IMG/VR virus record: IMGVR_UViG_3300031760_000016
Location: 1-43,454 of that record
Strand: one strand, 5' to 3'
DNA: 43,454 bases
Source: a virus
Taxonomy: Duplodnaviria > Heunggongvirae > Uroviricota > Caudoviricetes
Shown: one piece after another, positions 7,952 to 17,855 of the stretch
Layout of the letters: the number at the start of each line of letters is the position of its first letter
Position numbering within the stretch: position 1 is the stretch's first letter
Program-made: the position numbers and the translations under genes
Notes under the pieces: model-generated
The model's input: only the letters and a program-made list of their open reading frames with translations
Told to the model about the DNA's origin: nothing
Databases searched by the model: none

Positions 7952-9702
7952 CTCGCCGTGAAACAATAATGCAAGGCGCGGCCATGTACGCTGCGTTCTA
8001 CAGGAAGAATCCGCATATTTTCGCGGAGCAGTATCTGAGGATCAGGCTCAAGCTTTTCCAGAAGATACTGCTCCTTATGATGAATATTTGCGTAAACTCG
8101 GTTTTTATAGGCAGCCGAGGTATTGGTAAGACATATCTAACTGCGCTGTTTTGCCACATACGTTGCATTCTGTATCCTGCCACCCACATTTGTATAGCGT
8201 CAGGTACGCGAGGGCAGTCCAATAATCTGCTTGAAAAGATTTGGATGGAGATACGCACGGCATCGCCAGCGTCAGCGGCAGAGATTAACGAGAAGGACAG
8301 TCACTTCTCTGGCAACAATGCCATTATTGTCTACAAGAATGGTTCGATCATTGAGGTTGTGACTGCAGGTGACTCTGCCCGTGGCCATCGAGCGCACATT
8401 CTGGTGCTGGATGAGTTCCGTCTGATTCCGCGTGAGATCATTGACACGATCCTGAGGAAGTTCCTGACGCTGCGGCGCATGCCTTTGTACGCCGATCTGA
8501 CCGAGGAGGAGCGTCGCAAGGAGTATGACAAGGAGAAGAATCAGATGATCTTTTGCTCATCTGCTTATTTCTCTGACAACTGGTCTTACGAGAAGTGCCT
8601 TGACACCTATAAGACCATGCTCGTCCCAGGCAGGCGTGATTTTGTGTGCGCGTTGCCGTATGAGCTGTCGATCAAAGAGGGACTGCTCGATCCTGACGTG
8701 GTTGAATCTGAGATGCTGGAAACCAGTTTCTCGGAGATCAAGCACCTCATGGAGTATGAGGCTGTGTTTTACAACAGTTCGGAGGGTGCTTTCTTTGATT
8801 ACAACGTGGTGTCTAAGAATCGCCACATCATGTATCCCATGTTGCCAGATGCACTGACTGCAAAGCTGCGCGTGGACAAGGATTTACGCATCATACCGAA
8901 GGTGGCTGGCGAGAAGCGCATCATTTCCGTTGATATCGCGCTGATGGCAAGCACAAAGTACAAAAATGACGCTACGGCGATACATATCACGAGGCTTTTG
9001 CCTACCAAGGCCGGCAGATATTCTGTCAACCTCGTCTATTCCACGTCCAGCGAAGGCTTGCGTACAGAGGAACAGGCGCTGCAGATCCGCAGGCTATATG
9101 AGGAATATGCTTGTGACTACATTGTGCTTGACGCGAAGAACGTTGGTCTGTCCGTGTACGATTGCCTGTCCAATGATATGGTGGATCCGGACAGCGGAGA
9201 GATCTTCCCGGCGCTCACGTGTTGCAACAACGACGAGTTGGCGGCCAGATGTGTTTCAAAGACAGCGCCGAAGGCTATTTGGGCGATCTTCGGCTCTACA
9301 AAGTTCAATTCAGAGGCGGCGCTGCTGCTGCGCGAGGGCTTCAAGTCAGGCCGCGTCCGCATGCTGGTCAATGAATATGATGGCGAGGACGCGCTGAAGA
9401 AGCTGCCGGGCTTTGAGAAGCTGCCGGAAGAGGACAAAATGCAGTTTTTAATGCCCTATATTAATACGACGTTGCTCATAAATGAGCTCGTAAACCTCAA
9501 ACATGAGGAAAGTAATGGCGTTATCAGGGTGTTTGAGAAGAGCACCATGCGTAAGGACAGGTACTCCAGCCTTAGCTACAATTATTATGTGGCGCTACAG
9601 CTGGAGAATGAGATGCGCAGGAACAACGCCAGGAACATAAACATGGGTGACGATGACTTCTTTGAGTATCGAGCGCCCAAAATTATGAACGGAAGGCGGT
9701 GA
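7948..9702 (+). CDS. terL: Terminase large subunit
   Basis: Walker A GSRGIGKT, Walker B ILVLDEF, RNase H-like SVDIA and KDRYSS. Confidence 0.92.
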   Translation: MTRRETIMQGAAMYAAFYRKNPHIFAEQYLRIRLKLFQKILLLMMNICVNSVFIGSRGIGKTYLTALFCHIRCILYPATHICIASGTRGQSNNLLEKIWMEIRTASPASAAEINEKDSHFSGNNAIIVYKNGSIIEVVTAGDSARGHRAHILVLDEFRLIPREIIDTILRKFLTLRRMPLYADLTEEERRKEYDKEKNQMIFCSSAYFSDNWSYEKCLDTYKTMLVPGRRDFVCALPYELSIKEGLLDPDVVESEMLETSFSEIKHLMEYEAVFYNSSEGAFFDYNVVSKNRHIMYPMLPDALTAKLRVDKDLRIIPKVAGEKRIISVDIALMASTKYKNDATAIHITRLLPTKAGRYSVNLVYSTSSEGLRTEEQALQIRRLYEEYACDYIVLDAKNVGLSVYDCLSNDMVDPDSGEIFPALTCCNNDELAARCVSKTAPKAIWAIFGSTKFNSEAALLLREGFKSGRVRMLVNEYDGEDALKKLPGFEKLPEEDKMQFLMPYINTTLLINELVNLKHEESNGVIRVFEKSTMRKDRYSSLSYNYYVALQLENEMRRNNARNINMGDDDFFEYRAPKIMNGRR

Positions 9703-9711
9703 TGACCGCAA

Positions 9712-10779
9712 GTGGAGAAGAAGATTGTTGAAACTCCGCGTGACCTGTCGTCATTGTCGCCGGACGATGTATGGCAGTTCAAAGCGCCTGAGAGGTTTGC
9801 AGCCATCAACAAGATGATTCTGAGAGACCTCAACGGCAATCCAACCGCTCCCAGTTTCTACCTGTATACACGTGACCAGATCGCCACGTATATCAAGGAT
9901 CCGTACCGCTACGAGAAGCAGCTTCGCAACGCTGTGATCTACATGTATGCGGCCAGCCCGCACTTCAGGCGGCTGATCCAGTATTTTGTGTCTCTGTCGG
10001 ATATGGCCTTCGTGGTTTCACCCTACAAGGTGGATACGGAGACTGCCAACGAAAAGACGCTGGGCAGGAACTACCATCGCGTGCTCAATCTGCTGGAGTC
10101 TATGGATTTGAAGAACGCGGGGGAGCACATGCTGACTGTCTGCCTGCGAGAGGACGTGTTCTACGGAACCATTCGCGAGACGAGCGACAGCGTGATTATT
10201 CAGCAGCTGCCGTCTAACTACTGCGCGATTTCCACAGTGGAAGACAACGTGCTGAATGTGACATTTGATTTTTCCTATTTTGACGCCAATTCTCAGTATC
10301 TGCCGTATTATCCTGAGGAATTTGCTACGAAATACCGCCTTTACCAGAAGGACATGGTGAACAGCAAATGGCAGGAACTGGATTCGCCCAACTCATTTGC
10401 CATCAAGGCGAATAAGGACATTCTCAACTACGCGGTACCGCCGTTTGTTGGCATCCTGCGCGAGCTCTTTGACCTTGAGGACTACAAGGGTCTGCGGGCT
10501 ACCAAGGAGACCATTGAGAATTACATGCTGCTTGTGATGCAGCTTGGTGTGGACGATGACGGCAACTGGACTATGGACTTGGATAAGGCCAAGAAGTTCT
10601 TTAACAATCTGACGAATGTGTTGCCAGAGGAGATTGGCGCGGTGCTGTCGCCAATGCCGATTAACAAGATCGGTTTTGAGCGGACGCATCCGGAAGCCGT
10701 GAGTACGGTTGGCGACGCGGAGCAGGAGCTGTTTACGGCAGCTGGTGTTTCGAGTCTGCTGTTCAATAACGCGAAGGCT
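9712..10779 (+). CDS. Portal protein, exon 1 (356 aa)
   Basis: Directly follows terminase. Coding-like sequence ends at …NNAKA, where intron motifs begin. Confidence 0.8.
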
Positions 10780-11752
10780 AAACAGTTGGTCGCTTGCGCC
10801 GTAAGGCGCTTGACAAACTACCTCTTGAATTGCTGGAAAACCCTTAGAGCCACATGTGCTACAGCATAGCGATGAGACGCGCAGGTGCGAATGCGGAAAA
10901 ACATGTGGATTGGGCGATCAGCAGCCAAGCTCTGATGAGGAGAAGGTTCAACGACTATCCCGGCGGGGAGTAGGACGAGAGTCCGAAGTGGGAGGCACCC
11001 TACATGGGTGAAGATATAGTCTGCTCTCTGCGGAAACGCAGAGGACGGCGATGGCCGTCTATTTTACGATGATGAAGAAAAGGAGTGCTATATGGTAAAG
11101 CCAAGAAAGGATTTAGTTGGAGAAGTGTTTTCACAATTAACAGTTATAGAGCAAGCTGAGGATTATGTTTCCACAGATGGCAAGCACCATGCTCAGTGGC
11201 TGTGCAGATGTAGTTGTGGGAAGATGTGCGTAGCTTCGGCTTCAAATTTGAGAACTGGTAATACCAAGTCATGCGGGCATATAGTTAAGGATCATAGTGT
11301 CAGGCATGGTGGGCGGCACACCAGGTTATATTCAATTTGGACGAATATGAAGGACAGATGTTATAATCCTAATACTGATACATATAACAGTTATGGTAGG
11401 CGCGGGATTACAGTATGTGAGGAATGGAAAAATGATTTTGGTGTTTTTCGCGATTGGGCGTTAGAGAATGGTTACGACGACTCATTGACGATCGATAGGA
11501 TTGATAATGATGGGAACTATTGTCCTGAGAATTGCAGGTGGGTTGACGCAAAGACGCAAGCAAATAATCGCAGGTCTAGTGTTTATGTAACTGTTGATGG
11601 TATCACTAGATCATTAGCCGCATGGGCAGACGAGCTGGGTAAATCAAGATCCATTTTCCATGCTAGGGCAAAGCTTTATCATACATCTGTTGAAGAACAA
11701 GTTGAATACCTGGCCAGAATGGCCAAACAATCATCGTAAAAAAAACATATGG
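10780..11752 (+). mobile_element. Group I intron (973 nt) in the portal gene
   Basis: GAATTGCTGG, GGCGATCAGCAGCC, CAACGACTA, AAGATATAGTC (11011-11021). P7 pairs GACTA 10953-57 with TAGTC 11017-21. P1 has U10779·G10788. Terminal G is 11752. Splicing gives in-frame NNAKA|SANALLLSIKADQ. Confidence 0.9.
11092..11739 (+). CDS. Intron-encoded HNH-type homing endonuclease
   Basis: SD AAGGAG and ATG. DLVGE.F..LTV, WLCRCSCG, TRLYSIW.NMK.RC, TIDRIDNDGNYCPENCRW. Confidence 0.9.
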   Translation: MVKPRKDLVGEVFSQLTVIEQAEDYVSTDGKHHAQWLCRCSCGKMCVASASNLRTGNTKSCGHIVKDHSVRHGGRHTRLYSIWTNMKDRCYNPNTDTYNSYGRRGITVCEEWKNDFGVFRDWALENGYDDSLTIDRIDNDGNYCPENCRWVDAKTQANNRRSSVYVTVDGITRSLAAWADELGKSRSIFHARAKLYHTSVEEQVEYLARMAKQSS

Positions 11753-12181
11753 TCTGCAAATGCGCTCCTTTTGTCCATCAAGGCTGATCAGGAGCTCACG
11801 TATAGCATCGTTAAGAGCATTGAGACGATGCTGAACAGGTTTATCCACCGGCATGGTTACGGCAAGTATTTCAAGGTGAATTTGCTGGACTGCTCAATCT
11901 ATACGCGCAAAGAGGTTGGGGACGCTCTTATCAAAGCAGCCACCTATGGACTGCCTACGATCAGCTATTATGCCGCGTCGCAGGGCATCAGCCAGATGCA
12001 GCTTGATGGGCTGAATTTCCTGGAGGACAAGATTCTGAACTTGAAGGAACGGCTGCGGCCGTTGCAGAGTTCCGCAACGCAGTCCTCAGTGGAGAGCACT
12101 GGCGAAGCTGGTCGCCCGGAGAGCGATGTGGGTGAGTTGACGGATGCCGGCGAGCAAACGAGGGAAAGGGGCGAGGAGTAA
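11753..12181 (+). CDS. Portal protein, exon 2 (142 aa; spliced product about 498 aa)
   Basis: In frame with exon 1 after splicing. GC and codon style return to those of exon 1. Confidence 0.8.
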   Translation, partial: SANALLLSIKADQELTYSIVKSIETMLNRFIHRHGYGKYFKVNLLDCSIYTRKEVGDALIKAATYGLPTISYYAASQGISQMQLDGLNFLEDKILNLKERLRPLQSSATQSSVESTGEAGRPESDVGELTDAGEQTRERGEE

Positions 12182-12354
12182 TGTTCCTCTACGTGATGAC
12201 GAAAGAAGCCAAGGATTTGCTGGAAAAGCACGGGTTTCTTCCTATTAAATATGATGCGCGGAACAGCGTGTGGTGCTTTGACTACAGCACTATGCATTTT
12301 GACGATTTCGCCCTGGATTTTCCGCATGTAATTTCTGACACATTGGTGTTCTGA
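12181..12354 (+). CDS. Small hypothetical protein (57 aa, MFLYVMTKEAKDLL…), absent from the ORF track
   Basis: TAATG overlap with the portal stop, upstream GAGGAG. Confidence 0.7.
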   Translation: MFLYVMTKEAKDLLEKHGFLPIKYDARNSVWCFDYSTMHFDDFALDFPHVISDTLVF

Positions 12355-12357
12355 TAA

Positions 12358-12386
12358 GGCAGCGATTGACCCGCTGCTCTTTTTAT
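12358..12386 (+). terminator. Probable intrinsic terminator/attenuator
   Basis: GGCAGCG-ATTGACC-CGCTGCT followed by CTTTTTAT. Confidence 0.55.
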
Positions 12387-12408
12387 GTACTTGGGAGGTG
12401 AGGAAGCG

Positions 12409-14019
12409 TTGAGCGAAATGCGCTTTTGGTATCCCGCGTCCATAACGGAGATCACCTCAATTAACGAGTCGTTTGATTCGTGCCTCCTGAGGATCTGTTA
12501 TGCGGGTAAGAATCGCAATCGCTCCATCATTTCCAAGGAATCCATTGAACGCGCTACCCCAACTATGGCCTACTGTCCGATCGTGGCTCACTATGATGTG
12601 GAGAAGGACACGATTGGTGGGCATGACGTTGGCTTCGTGGAGGACGGCGACGGTAATCTGAAGATGATCAATCTGACAGACGCTGTTGGCGTAATCCCTG
12701 AGAATCCGCAGTGGTGCTGGGAGAGCGTGACGGAGGAAGACGGGACTGAGCGGGAGTACCTGTGCACGCCTGCCATCCTTTGGAAACGCACGCCGTGCTA
12801 CGATAAGCTGAAGCGCGATGGTGTTGAGGGGCAGTCAATGGAGATCCGGGTTAAGGACGGCAAGATTGTTGACGGCGATTACGTAATTGACTCATTTGAC
12901 TTTACAGCCTTCTGCCTGCTTGGCGAAGATGTGGAGCCGTGCTTTGAGTCCGCGTCCGTTGAACTCTTCGCCAAAGACGAGCTGAAAGCCCGGTTCAGCG
13001 AAATGATGAGCGACTTTAAGAGAAGTTTCTCTGACGTCATGACCGCGGAAGCGGATGACATAAAAACTGATTTTTGTTCGAAAGGAGGAGAGGTCTCATT
13101 GAAAATTGATGAGCTGATGAGCAAGTACGGTCTGACCGCCGAGGACATTACGTTTGACACTGACGGCATGTCTGAGGAGGAGCTTGAGGCGAAGTTTGCT
13201 GAAATCCGCGACGCCAAGTTTGCTGACGATGACGCTGAAGCGGGCGACGAAGCGAATGATGCTGCTGATGGCGATTCCGATGGTGATCCGGCGGATAGTG
13301 ATGCTGGTGCAGACGAGACTGATGACGGCGATAAGCCTGAAGAAGATGATGACGAAGAAGTGCTCGCTGCTAAGAAGCAGTATTCACTGACCGGCGAACA
13401 GCTGTCCAGTGGTATTCGCGAGGCGCTGTGTACTGAGAAGATCACGGACGAATGGGGCGAGTTCTCCAGGTATGGATATGTGGATTACGACGCCCAGATC
13501 AGCGAGGTATATGCTTACGACTGGACGGATTGCAATCTGTACGGTTTTAAGTTCAGCATGAATGGCGACAACGTCATCATTGACTTTGCCAGCAAGAAAC
13601 GCAAGAAGTTTGCCTTCGTGGATTTTGATGAGGGCGAACAGATGTTTGATTACAGCGCTATGTCTGATTTTGCTAATCGGAAGTTTGGCGCTATGGCTGA
13701 CGAGGTCAATACTCTGCGTGAGTACAAGAAGTCCGTGGAGGACGCCGAGCGCAATGCTGCGCTTGAAGAGCTGTTTGCCAAGTTTGCTGATCTGAACGAC
13801 AACGAGGCGTTTAACGCGCTGCGTGGCAATTGCGAGGATATGTCCCTGGAAGATATTGAGGACAAGTGCTTCGCGATCCGCGGTCGTTCTGTCCAAGTCA
13901 AGTTCTCTCAGGATGCGCCGAAGCCCGTGCGGCTCCCTGTTGAACGAAATAAAAATAAAGATGCCGACGAGCCTTATGGCGGCGTTTTCCTGGAGTTCGG
14001 CATCGGAAATCGAAAGTAA
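12409..14019 (+). CDS. Prohead protease/scaffold protein (YonD-like position)
   Basis: SD GGAGGTG 8 nt before TTG 12409. Globular N-terminal domain, Asp/Glu-rich linker and C-terminal coiled coil. Located between portal and capsid. Confidence 0.7.
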   Translation: MSEMRFWYPASITEITSINESFDSCLLRICYAGKNRNRSIISKESIERATPTMAYCPIVAHYDVEKDTIGGHDVGFVEDGDGNLKMINLTDAVGVIPENPQWCWESVTEEDGTEREYLCTPAILWKRTPCYDKLKRDGVEGQSMEIRVKDGKIVDGDYVIDSFDFTAFCLLGEDVEPCFESASVELFAKDELKARFSEMMSDFKRSFSDVMTAEADDIKTDFCSKGGEVSLKIDELMSKYGLTAEDITFDTDGMSEEELEAKFAEIRDAKFADDDAEAGDEANDAADGDSDGDPADSDAGADETDDGDKPEEDDDEEVLAAKKQYSLTGEQLSSGIREALCTEKITDEWGEFSRYGYVDYDAQISEVYAYDWTDCNLYGFKFSMNGDNVIIDFASKKRKKFAFVDFDEGEQMFDYSAMSDFANRKFGAMADEVNTLREYKKSVEDAERNAALEELFAKFADLNDNEAFNALRGNCEDMSLEDIEDKCFAIRGRSVQVKFSQDAPKPVRLPVERNKNKDADEPYGGVFLEFGIGNRK

Positions 14020-14034
14020 TTGGAGGTAAGAAGT

Positions 14035-14553
14035 ATGGCAATTGTTGAAAAGTATGCCGTGGTTCGTACTGATAACATGATGGGTACCGATGTCGGCACC
14101 TACCTGGATTCTGTGCGTTTCTACGATGCCAATGACAAGGAAGCTGAAATCGAGAACGGCAACGTTGTTAAGGTTGGCGATCTGCTGGAAGGTGAGCGCG
14201 AGCTGCACAAGGCTACCGCCCCCGCCAAGAACACTCCCATCAAGGAGATCGGTCTGGTGGCCACTCCCGAACTGATGTATGACGAGCGCAAGCACAACCT
14301 GGACGAGTTCATCAACGAGGCCGGCACCAACGCTCGTATTTACTATCTGCACACCGGCGATGAGTTTGGCGTGACCGCTAAGGGTCTGGATGTCGATCCT
14401 GAAACCGCCAAGGTTGGCGATGTTGTGGAACTGCAGGCTGGCACCAAGCTGAAGGTTGTTGCTTCTGCGACTTCTGGCTCTACCCAGATCGGTAAGATCA
14501 TCGCGATTGAGACTGCGGGTCGTTACACCTACTACGTCACCCGCGTGGCTTAA
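14035..14553 (+). CDS. Capsid-associated/decoration protein (YonC-like position)
   Basis: SD GGAGGT, strongly biased codons, immediately upstream of the major capsid gene. Confidence 0.6.
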   Translation: MAIVEKYAVVRTDNMMGTDVGTYLDSVRFYDANDKEAEIENGNVVKVGDLLEGERELHKATAPAKNTPIKEIGLVATPELMYDERKHNLDEFINEAGTNARIYYLHTGDEFGVTAKGLDVDPETAKVGDVVELQAGTKLKVVASATSGSTQIGKIIAIETAGRYTYYVTRVA

Positions 14554-14584
14554 TCATGATTTTTTGAGATAGGAGGCAAAAGCA

Positions 14585-15598
14585 ATGGCTGAAATTAAAG
14601 ATATCGTGCAGGTTGCTATTGATGCTTATCATGGCAATACTGTTAAGTATTCTCATAACGAGTCCATGGATCTGCTCCGCGAAGCTCTGATCGCGGCCAA
14701 CAACGGTTCCACCAAGCTGGACTACAAGAATATCCGTGATGGCAAGTGCAACGGTCTGTTCACTCTGGTTGAAGAGATCCTGGTTCGCACCGTCGAAGAG
14801 GGTTTGACCTCTTCTGATTACTTCAACGCGCTGGTTGACTATCGCAACCTGGCTCTGGGCGACCAGAACATCTTCCTGGTTGAGGATGACGACCTGTTTG
14901 TCGTGGCTGAGGCTGCTGAAGGTACCCAGGGTATCCGTCGTCAGCGTCTGGCTGGCCAGTCCGAGATCAAGATTCCCACTTCTCTGAAGGTCGTGAAGAT
15001 CTACGAGGAGCTGAATCGTGTTCTGTCTGGCGCTGTTGACTTCAATGTGTTCATCCGCAAGGTGGGCGAGTCCTTCCAGCGCAAGCTGCTGGACGACATC
15101 TATACCGTGTGGACTGGCGCGACCGCTGATGATTTCGGCGGCGAGACCTACTTCCCGGCGGCTGGTAACTATGATGAGGACGCTATGCTTGAGCTGATCG
15201 CTCATGTTGAAGCGGCTTCCGGCGGCAAGCCTGTTACCATTCTGGGCACCAAGGTTGCTCTGCGCAATCTGGCTCCGGCTGTCCAGGGTAACAGCTCCAA
15301 GGAAGACCTGTATAACCTTGGATTTTACGGTCGTTTCTACGGGTCCAATGTTATCGCTCTGCCGCAGCGCCACAAGGTTGGTACCACTGAGTTCGTGAAC
15401 AGCGACAAGGTGATCACCATCCTGGCCGGCAGCGAGCGTCCGATCAAGGTTGTCAACGAAGGCACCGCCACCATGCTGATGGGTGATCCCACCACCAACA
15501 AGGACTTCACTCAGGAGTACTTTGTTGCGCAGCGCTATGGTGTTGGCATCGTGACTGCTGGCGGCAACGCTGGTATCGGCCGTTACACCCTGCTGTAA
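14585..15598 (+). CDS. Major capsid protein
   Basis: 337 aa, SD AGGAGG, very high codon bias, position in the head module. Confidence 0.8.
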   Translation: MAEIKDIVQVAIDAYHGNTVKYSHNESMDLLREALIAANNGSTKLDYKNIRDGKCNGLFTLVEEILVRTVEEGLTSSDYFNALVDYRNLALGDQNIFLVEDDDLFVVAEAAEGTQGIRRQRLAGQSEIKIPTSLKVVKIYEELNRVLSGAVDFNVFIRKVGESFQRKLLDDIYTVWTGATADDFGGETYFPAAGNYDEDAMLELIAHVEAASGGKPVTILGTKVALRNLAPAVQGNSSKEDLYNLGFYGRFYGSNVIALPQRHKVGTTEFVNSDKVITILAGSERPIKVVNEGTATMLMGDPTTNKDFTQEYFVAQRYGVGIVTAGGNAGIGRYTLL

Positions 15599-15613
15599 TC
15601 GCAATGATATATA

Positions 15614-15650
15614 GGGCGACAGATGATTTATTCATCGTCGCCCATTATTC
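15614..15650 (+). terminator. Stem-loop after the capsid gene (weak terminator or stabiliser)
   Basis: GGGCGAC-A-GATGA-TTTAT-TCATC-GTCGCCC, then ATTATTC. Confidence 0.5.
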
Positions 15651-15671
15651 AAAGAATGAAAGGATGATTAT

Positions 15672-16259
15672 ATGCCGAGAAACACAGGCAAGACTGTCCA
15701 GAAGGCGCCGGTGAAGGAACCGGTTGCTGTGGTGGCCGATGAAAACAAGAGCGTCGTGGAAGAGACCACGATACAGGCTAAGGCTGAAAAGGCCAGGACT
15801 CCCTATCGCGTAAAGCAGACGCTTCCGGCGGATATGGTTATCACCGTCCGTAACGGGTTTAACGGAAAGCTTATTTATAAGAGCCAGAAAACAGGCGAGC
15901 GATTCGTGTGGGAGGAGTTTGGTGATGAGCAGGACATGGAACTGCAGGAACTGAAGAATGCGAGAAACTCCAAGAAGGGTTTCTTTGAGAACAACTGGTT
16001 CCTGATCGATGATCCCGCCGTCATTGAATATCTGGGCGTTGACCGCTTCTACAAAAATGCCCTGACTTATGATGACTTTGACACCCTCTTTGAGATGTCT
16101 GCTGAAGAAATCCGGGAGCGAGTAGATAAGCTGTCCGGCGGGCAGAAGGCTTCTGTGGTTTATCGGGCTAAGCAGCTGATCAAAGAAGGCGTGATTGACT
16201 CAATTAAGGTGATTGACGCTCTTGAGAAGAGCCTTGGCGTCGAGCTGATCGAGCGGTAA
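15672..16259 (+). CDS. Hypothetical virion-module protein
   Basis: SD AAGGA, 195-aa ORF, co-oriented. Confidence 0.7.
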   Translation: MPRNTGKTVQKAPVKEPVAVVADENKSVVEETTIQAKAEKARTPYRVKQTLPADMVITVRNGFNGKLIYKSQKTGERFVWEEFGDEQDMELQELKNARNSKKGFFENNWFLIDDPAVIEYLGVDRFYKNALTYDDFDTLFEMSAEEIRERVDKLSGGQKASVVYRAKQLIKEGVIDSIKVIDALEKSLGVELIER

Positions 16260-16271
16260 GGAGGCACAGCG

Positions 16272-16724
16272 ATGATTCTTCCGTACGATGCATTCACTGA
16301 GGCTTTCCTTGATAAGGTCACGGAGTATAAGTTCTGTCGCTTGCCACAGGAAAACCGACAGGCCATCGTAGACGGTTATATGAAACGCGCTTGCGCTCAA
16401 TTTAGTGAGGTGTGCATGTACAACATTTCGGAGGGAGACGACGTTGAACGTACATACACAATTGGTGACAATGCTACACCCGCAGAGATTGATGAGATCA
16501 TTGACATTGTCACAGAGGGGATGCTGGTGCAGTGGTTCAAGCCATATTTCTTCAAGCAGGAAAACTTGGAGAACATGCTTGCGACCGCTGATTACACAAG
16601 GTATTCGCCTGCTGAATTGACCTACCGTATTACGAACGCGTATAAAACATGCAACAAGGAGTTCGTTGCCAGGATGCGGGAGTATTCGTATCGTCATGGC
16701 GACCTGACCAACCTGTACATATGA
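16272..16724 (+). CDS. Putative head-tail connector/adaptor
   Basis: SD GGAGG, helical 150-aa protein; function inferred from position only. Confidence 0.55.
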   Translation: MILPYDAFTEAFLDKVTEYKFCRLPQENRQAIVDGYMKRACAQFSEVCMYNISEGDDVERTYTIGDNATPAEIDEIIDIVTEGMLVQWFKPYFFKQENLENMLATADYTRYSPAELTYRITNAYKTCNKEFVARMREYSYRHGDLTNLYI

Positions 16725-17053
16725 TGACGCGTTATGGCATTGAGGTGAGCGACGTGATGTTCTCCAAACGGCTGGGTGGACTGGTGAACCAGTTCTACAA
16801 GATCCTGCCGATCAAAGAAAATGGAGAACCAACGCTCCAGAAATATATGGAAAGTCTCCAAAGAGAAATGGTGGGGCTCTATGAGTTGATGACTGCGTTG
16901 GATGATGATCCGCAGTATTTGAGCCTGCTATCTATTTTGCAATATATGATTGACCACGATTGTGACGTAGCTACCGTCAAGACCGAGGTGTTCAAGTCAA
17001 TCAGTATTCTGAAGCGGCTACAGAAGAGATTCGAGCCGGGCAGGAGGTGTTGA
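16721..17053 (+). CDS. Hypothetical protein (alternative start 16754/16757)
   Basis: ATGA overlap with the previous gene; an SD GAGGTG also precedes 16754/16757. Confidence 0.65.
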   Translation: MMTRYGIEVSDVMFSKRLGGLVNQFYKILPIKENGEPTLQKYMESLQREMVGLYELMTALDDDPQYLSLLSILQYMIDHDCDVATVKTEVFKSISILKRLQKRFEPGRRC

Positions 17054-17054
17054 C

Positions 17055-17855
17055 ATGGGTGCCTGGGATAATTATGACGTGATGCACAACACGTTCGGGA
17101 ATAATCTGCGTGACATGTGGGTGGGTCACACACGAGAAAATGTTGCAAGGATGTTTATGGACTCACCGTCCTGCCGCACAGTAAAAATAAATGGAATTGC
17201 GCAGGACGTGGTGATTGTCCGAAAAAACAAGACAGAAATGGATCAGAAGATAATCATGTCCATTCCGGGGGAACATTTGGAGCATGGCGGTATTGTGGAC
17301 TTTGCGAACAACAAATGGCTTATCACCATGCTGGATGCGGACAATCAGATTTATGATCGCGGTATTATGCAGCAGTGTAACCACATCCTACGCTGGATCG
17401 GCAAAGACGGCCAGCTAAAACAAAAGTGGTGTTTTGTGGCTGACGGTACCAAGTATTTGATTGGTGAGCGTTCTGAGGAAATTATGACGGTTGGCGATGC
17501 GCGTATTGCCGTCACGGTCGGAAAAGACGAAGATACGGTTGAACTGGCACGCGGTCTGCGTTTCTTGATTGATGACACAGATTCTGAGGCGTGCTTGGCT
17601 TACCAGATTACGAAGCCCAACAAGATGTTCAATGTGTATAACGGCAAGGGCGTCTTCCGCTTTATCATGACGGAGGTCAACCTTGAGGACGGTGACAATA
17701 AGGTGCTGCGAATTGCCAATTACGCTGACTGGCACCCACCGGTAAAGACGGACGGTGACCATGTTGACAGCAATCTCAGCATCGCCCATATTACGCATGT
17801 AGCCAAGGATGCAGCTGACATGCCACCCGCTGATGAAAAGGAGGGATGGCTGTAA
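17055..17855 (+). CDS. Putative head closure/neck protein
   Basis: SD AGGAGGTG, beta-rich; function inferred from position. Confidence 0.55.
   Translation: MGAWDNYDVMHNTFGNNLRDMWVGHTRENVARMFMDSPSCRTVKINGIAQDVVIVRKNKTEMDQKIIMSIPGEHLEHGGIVDFANNKWLITMLDADNQIYDRGIMQQCNHILRWIGKDGQLKQKWCFVADGTKYLIGERSEEIMTVGDARIAVTVGKDEDTVELARGLRFLIDDTDSEACLAYQITKPNKMFNVYNGKGVFRFIMTEVNLEDGDNKVLRIANYADWHPPVKTDGDHVDSNLSIAHITHVAKDAADMPPADEKEGWL

Noticed and set aside
7948-9702. Intein or intron in terminase
   Set aside because: Normal length, continuous motifs, no splice-motif pattern.
10780-10869. Apparent C-terminus of the 385-aa portal ORF (KQLVACAV…) and N-terminus of the 173-aa ORF (11660-11752)
   Set aside because: Both are intron sequence read through in frame.
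11734-11752. A8 run at the endonuclease stop as a +1 frameshift fusing the HNH to portal exon 2
   Set aside because: The run follows the stop codon, there is no stimulatory SD or known shift context, and splicing already explains exon 2.
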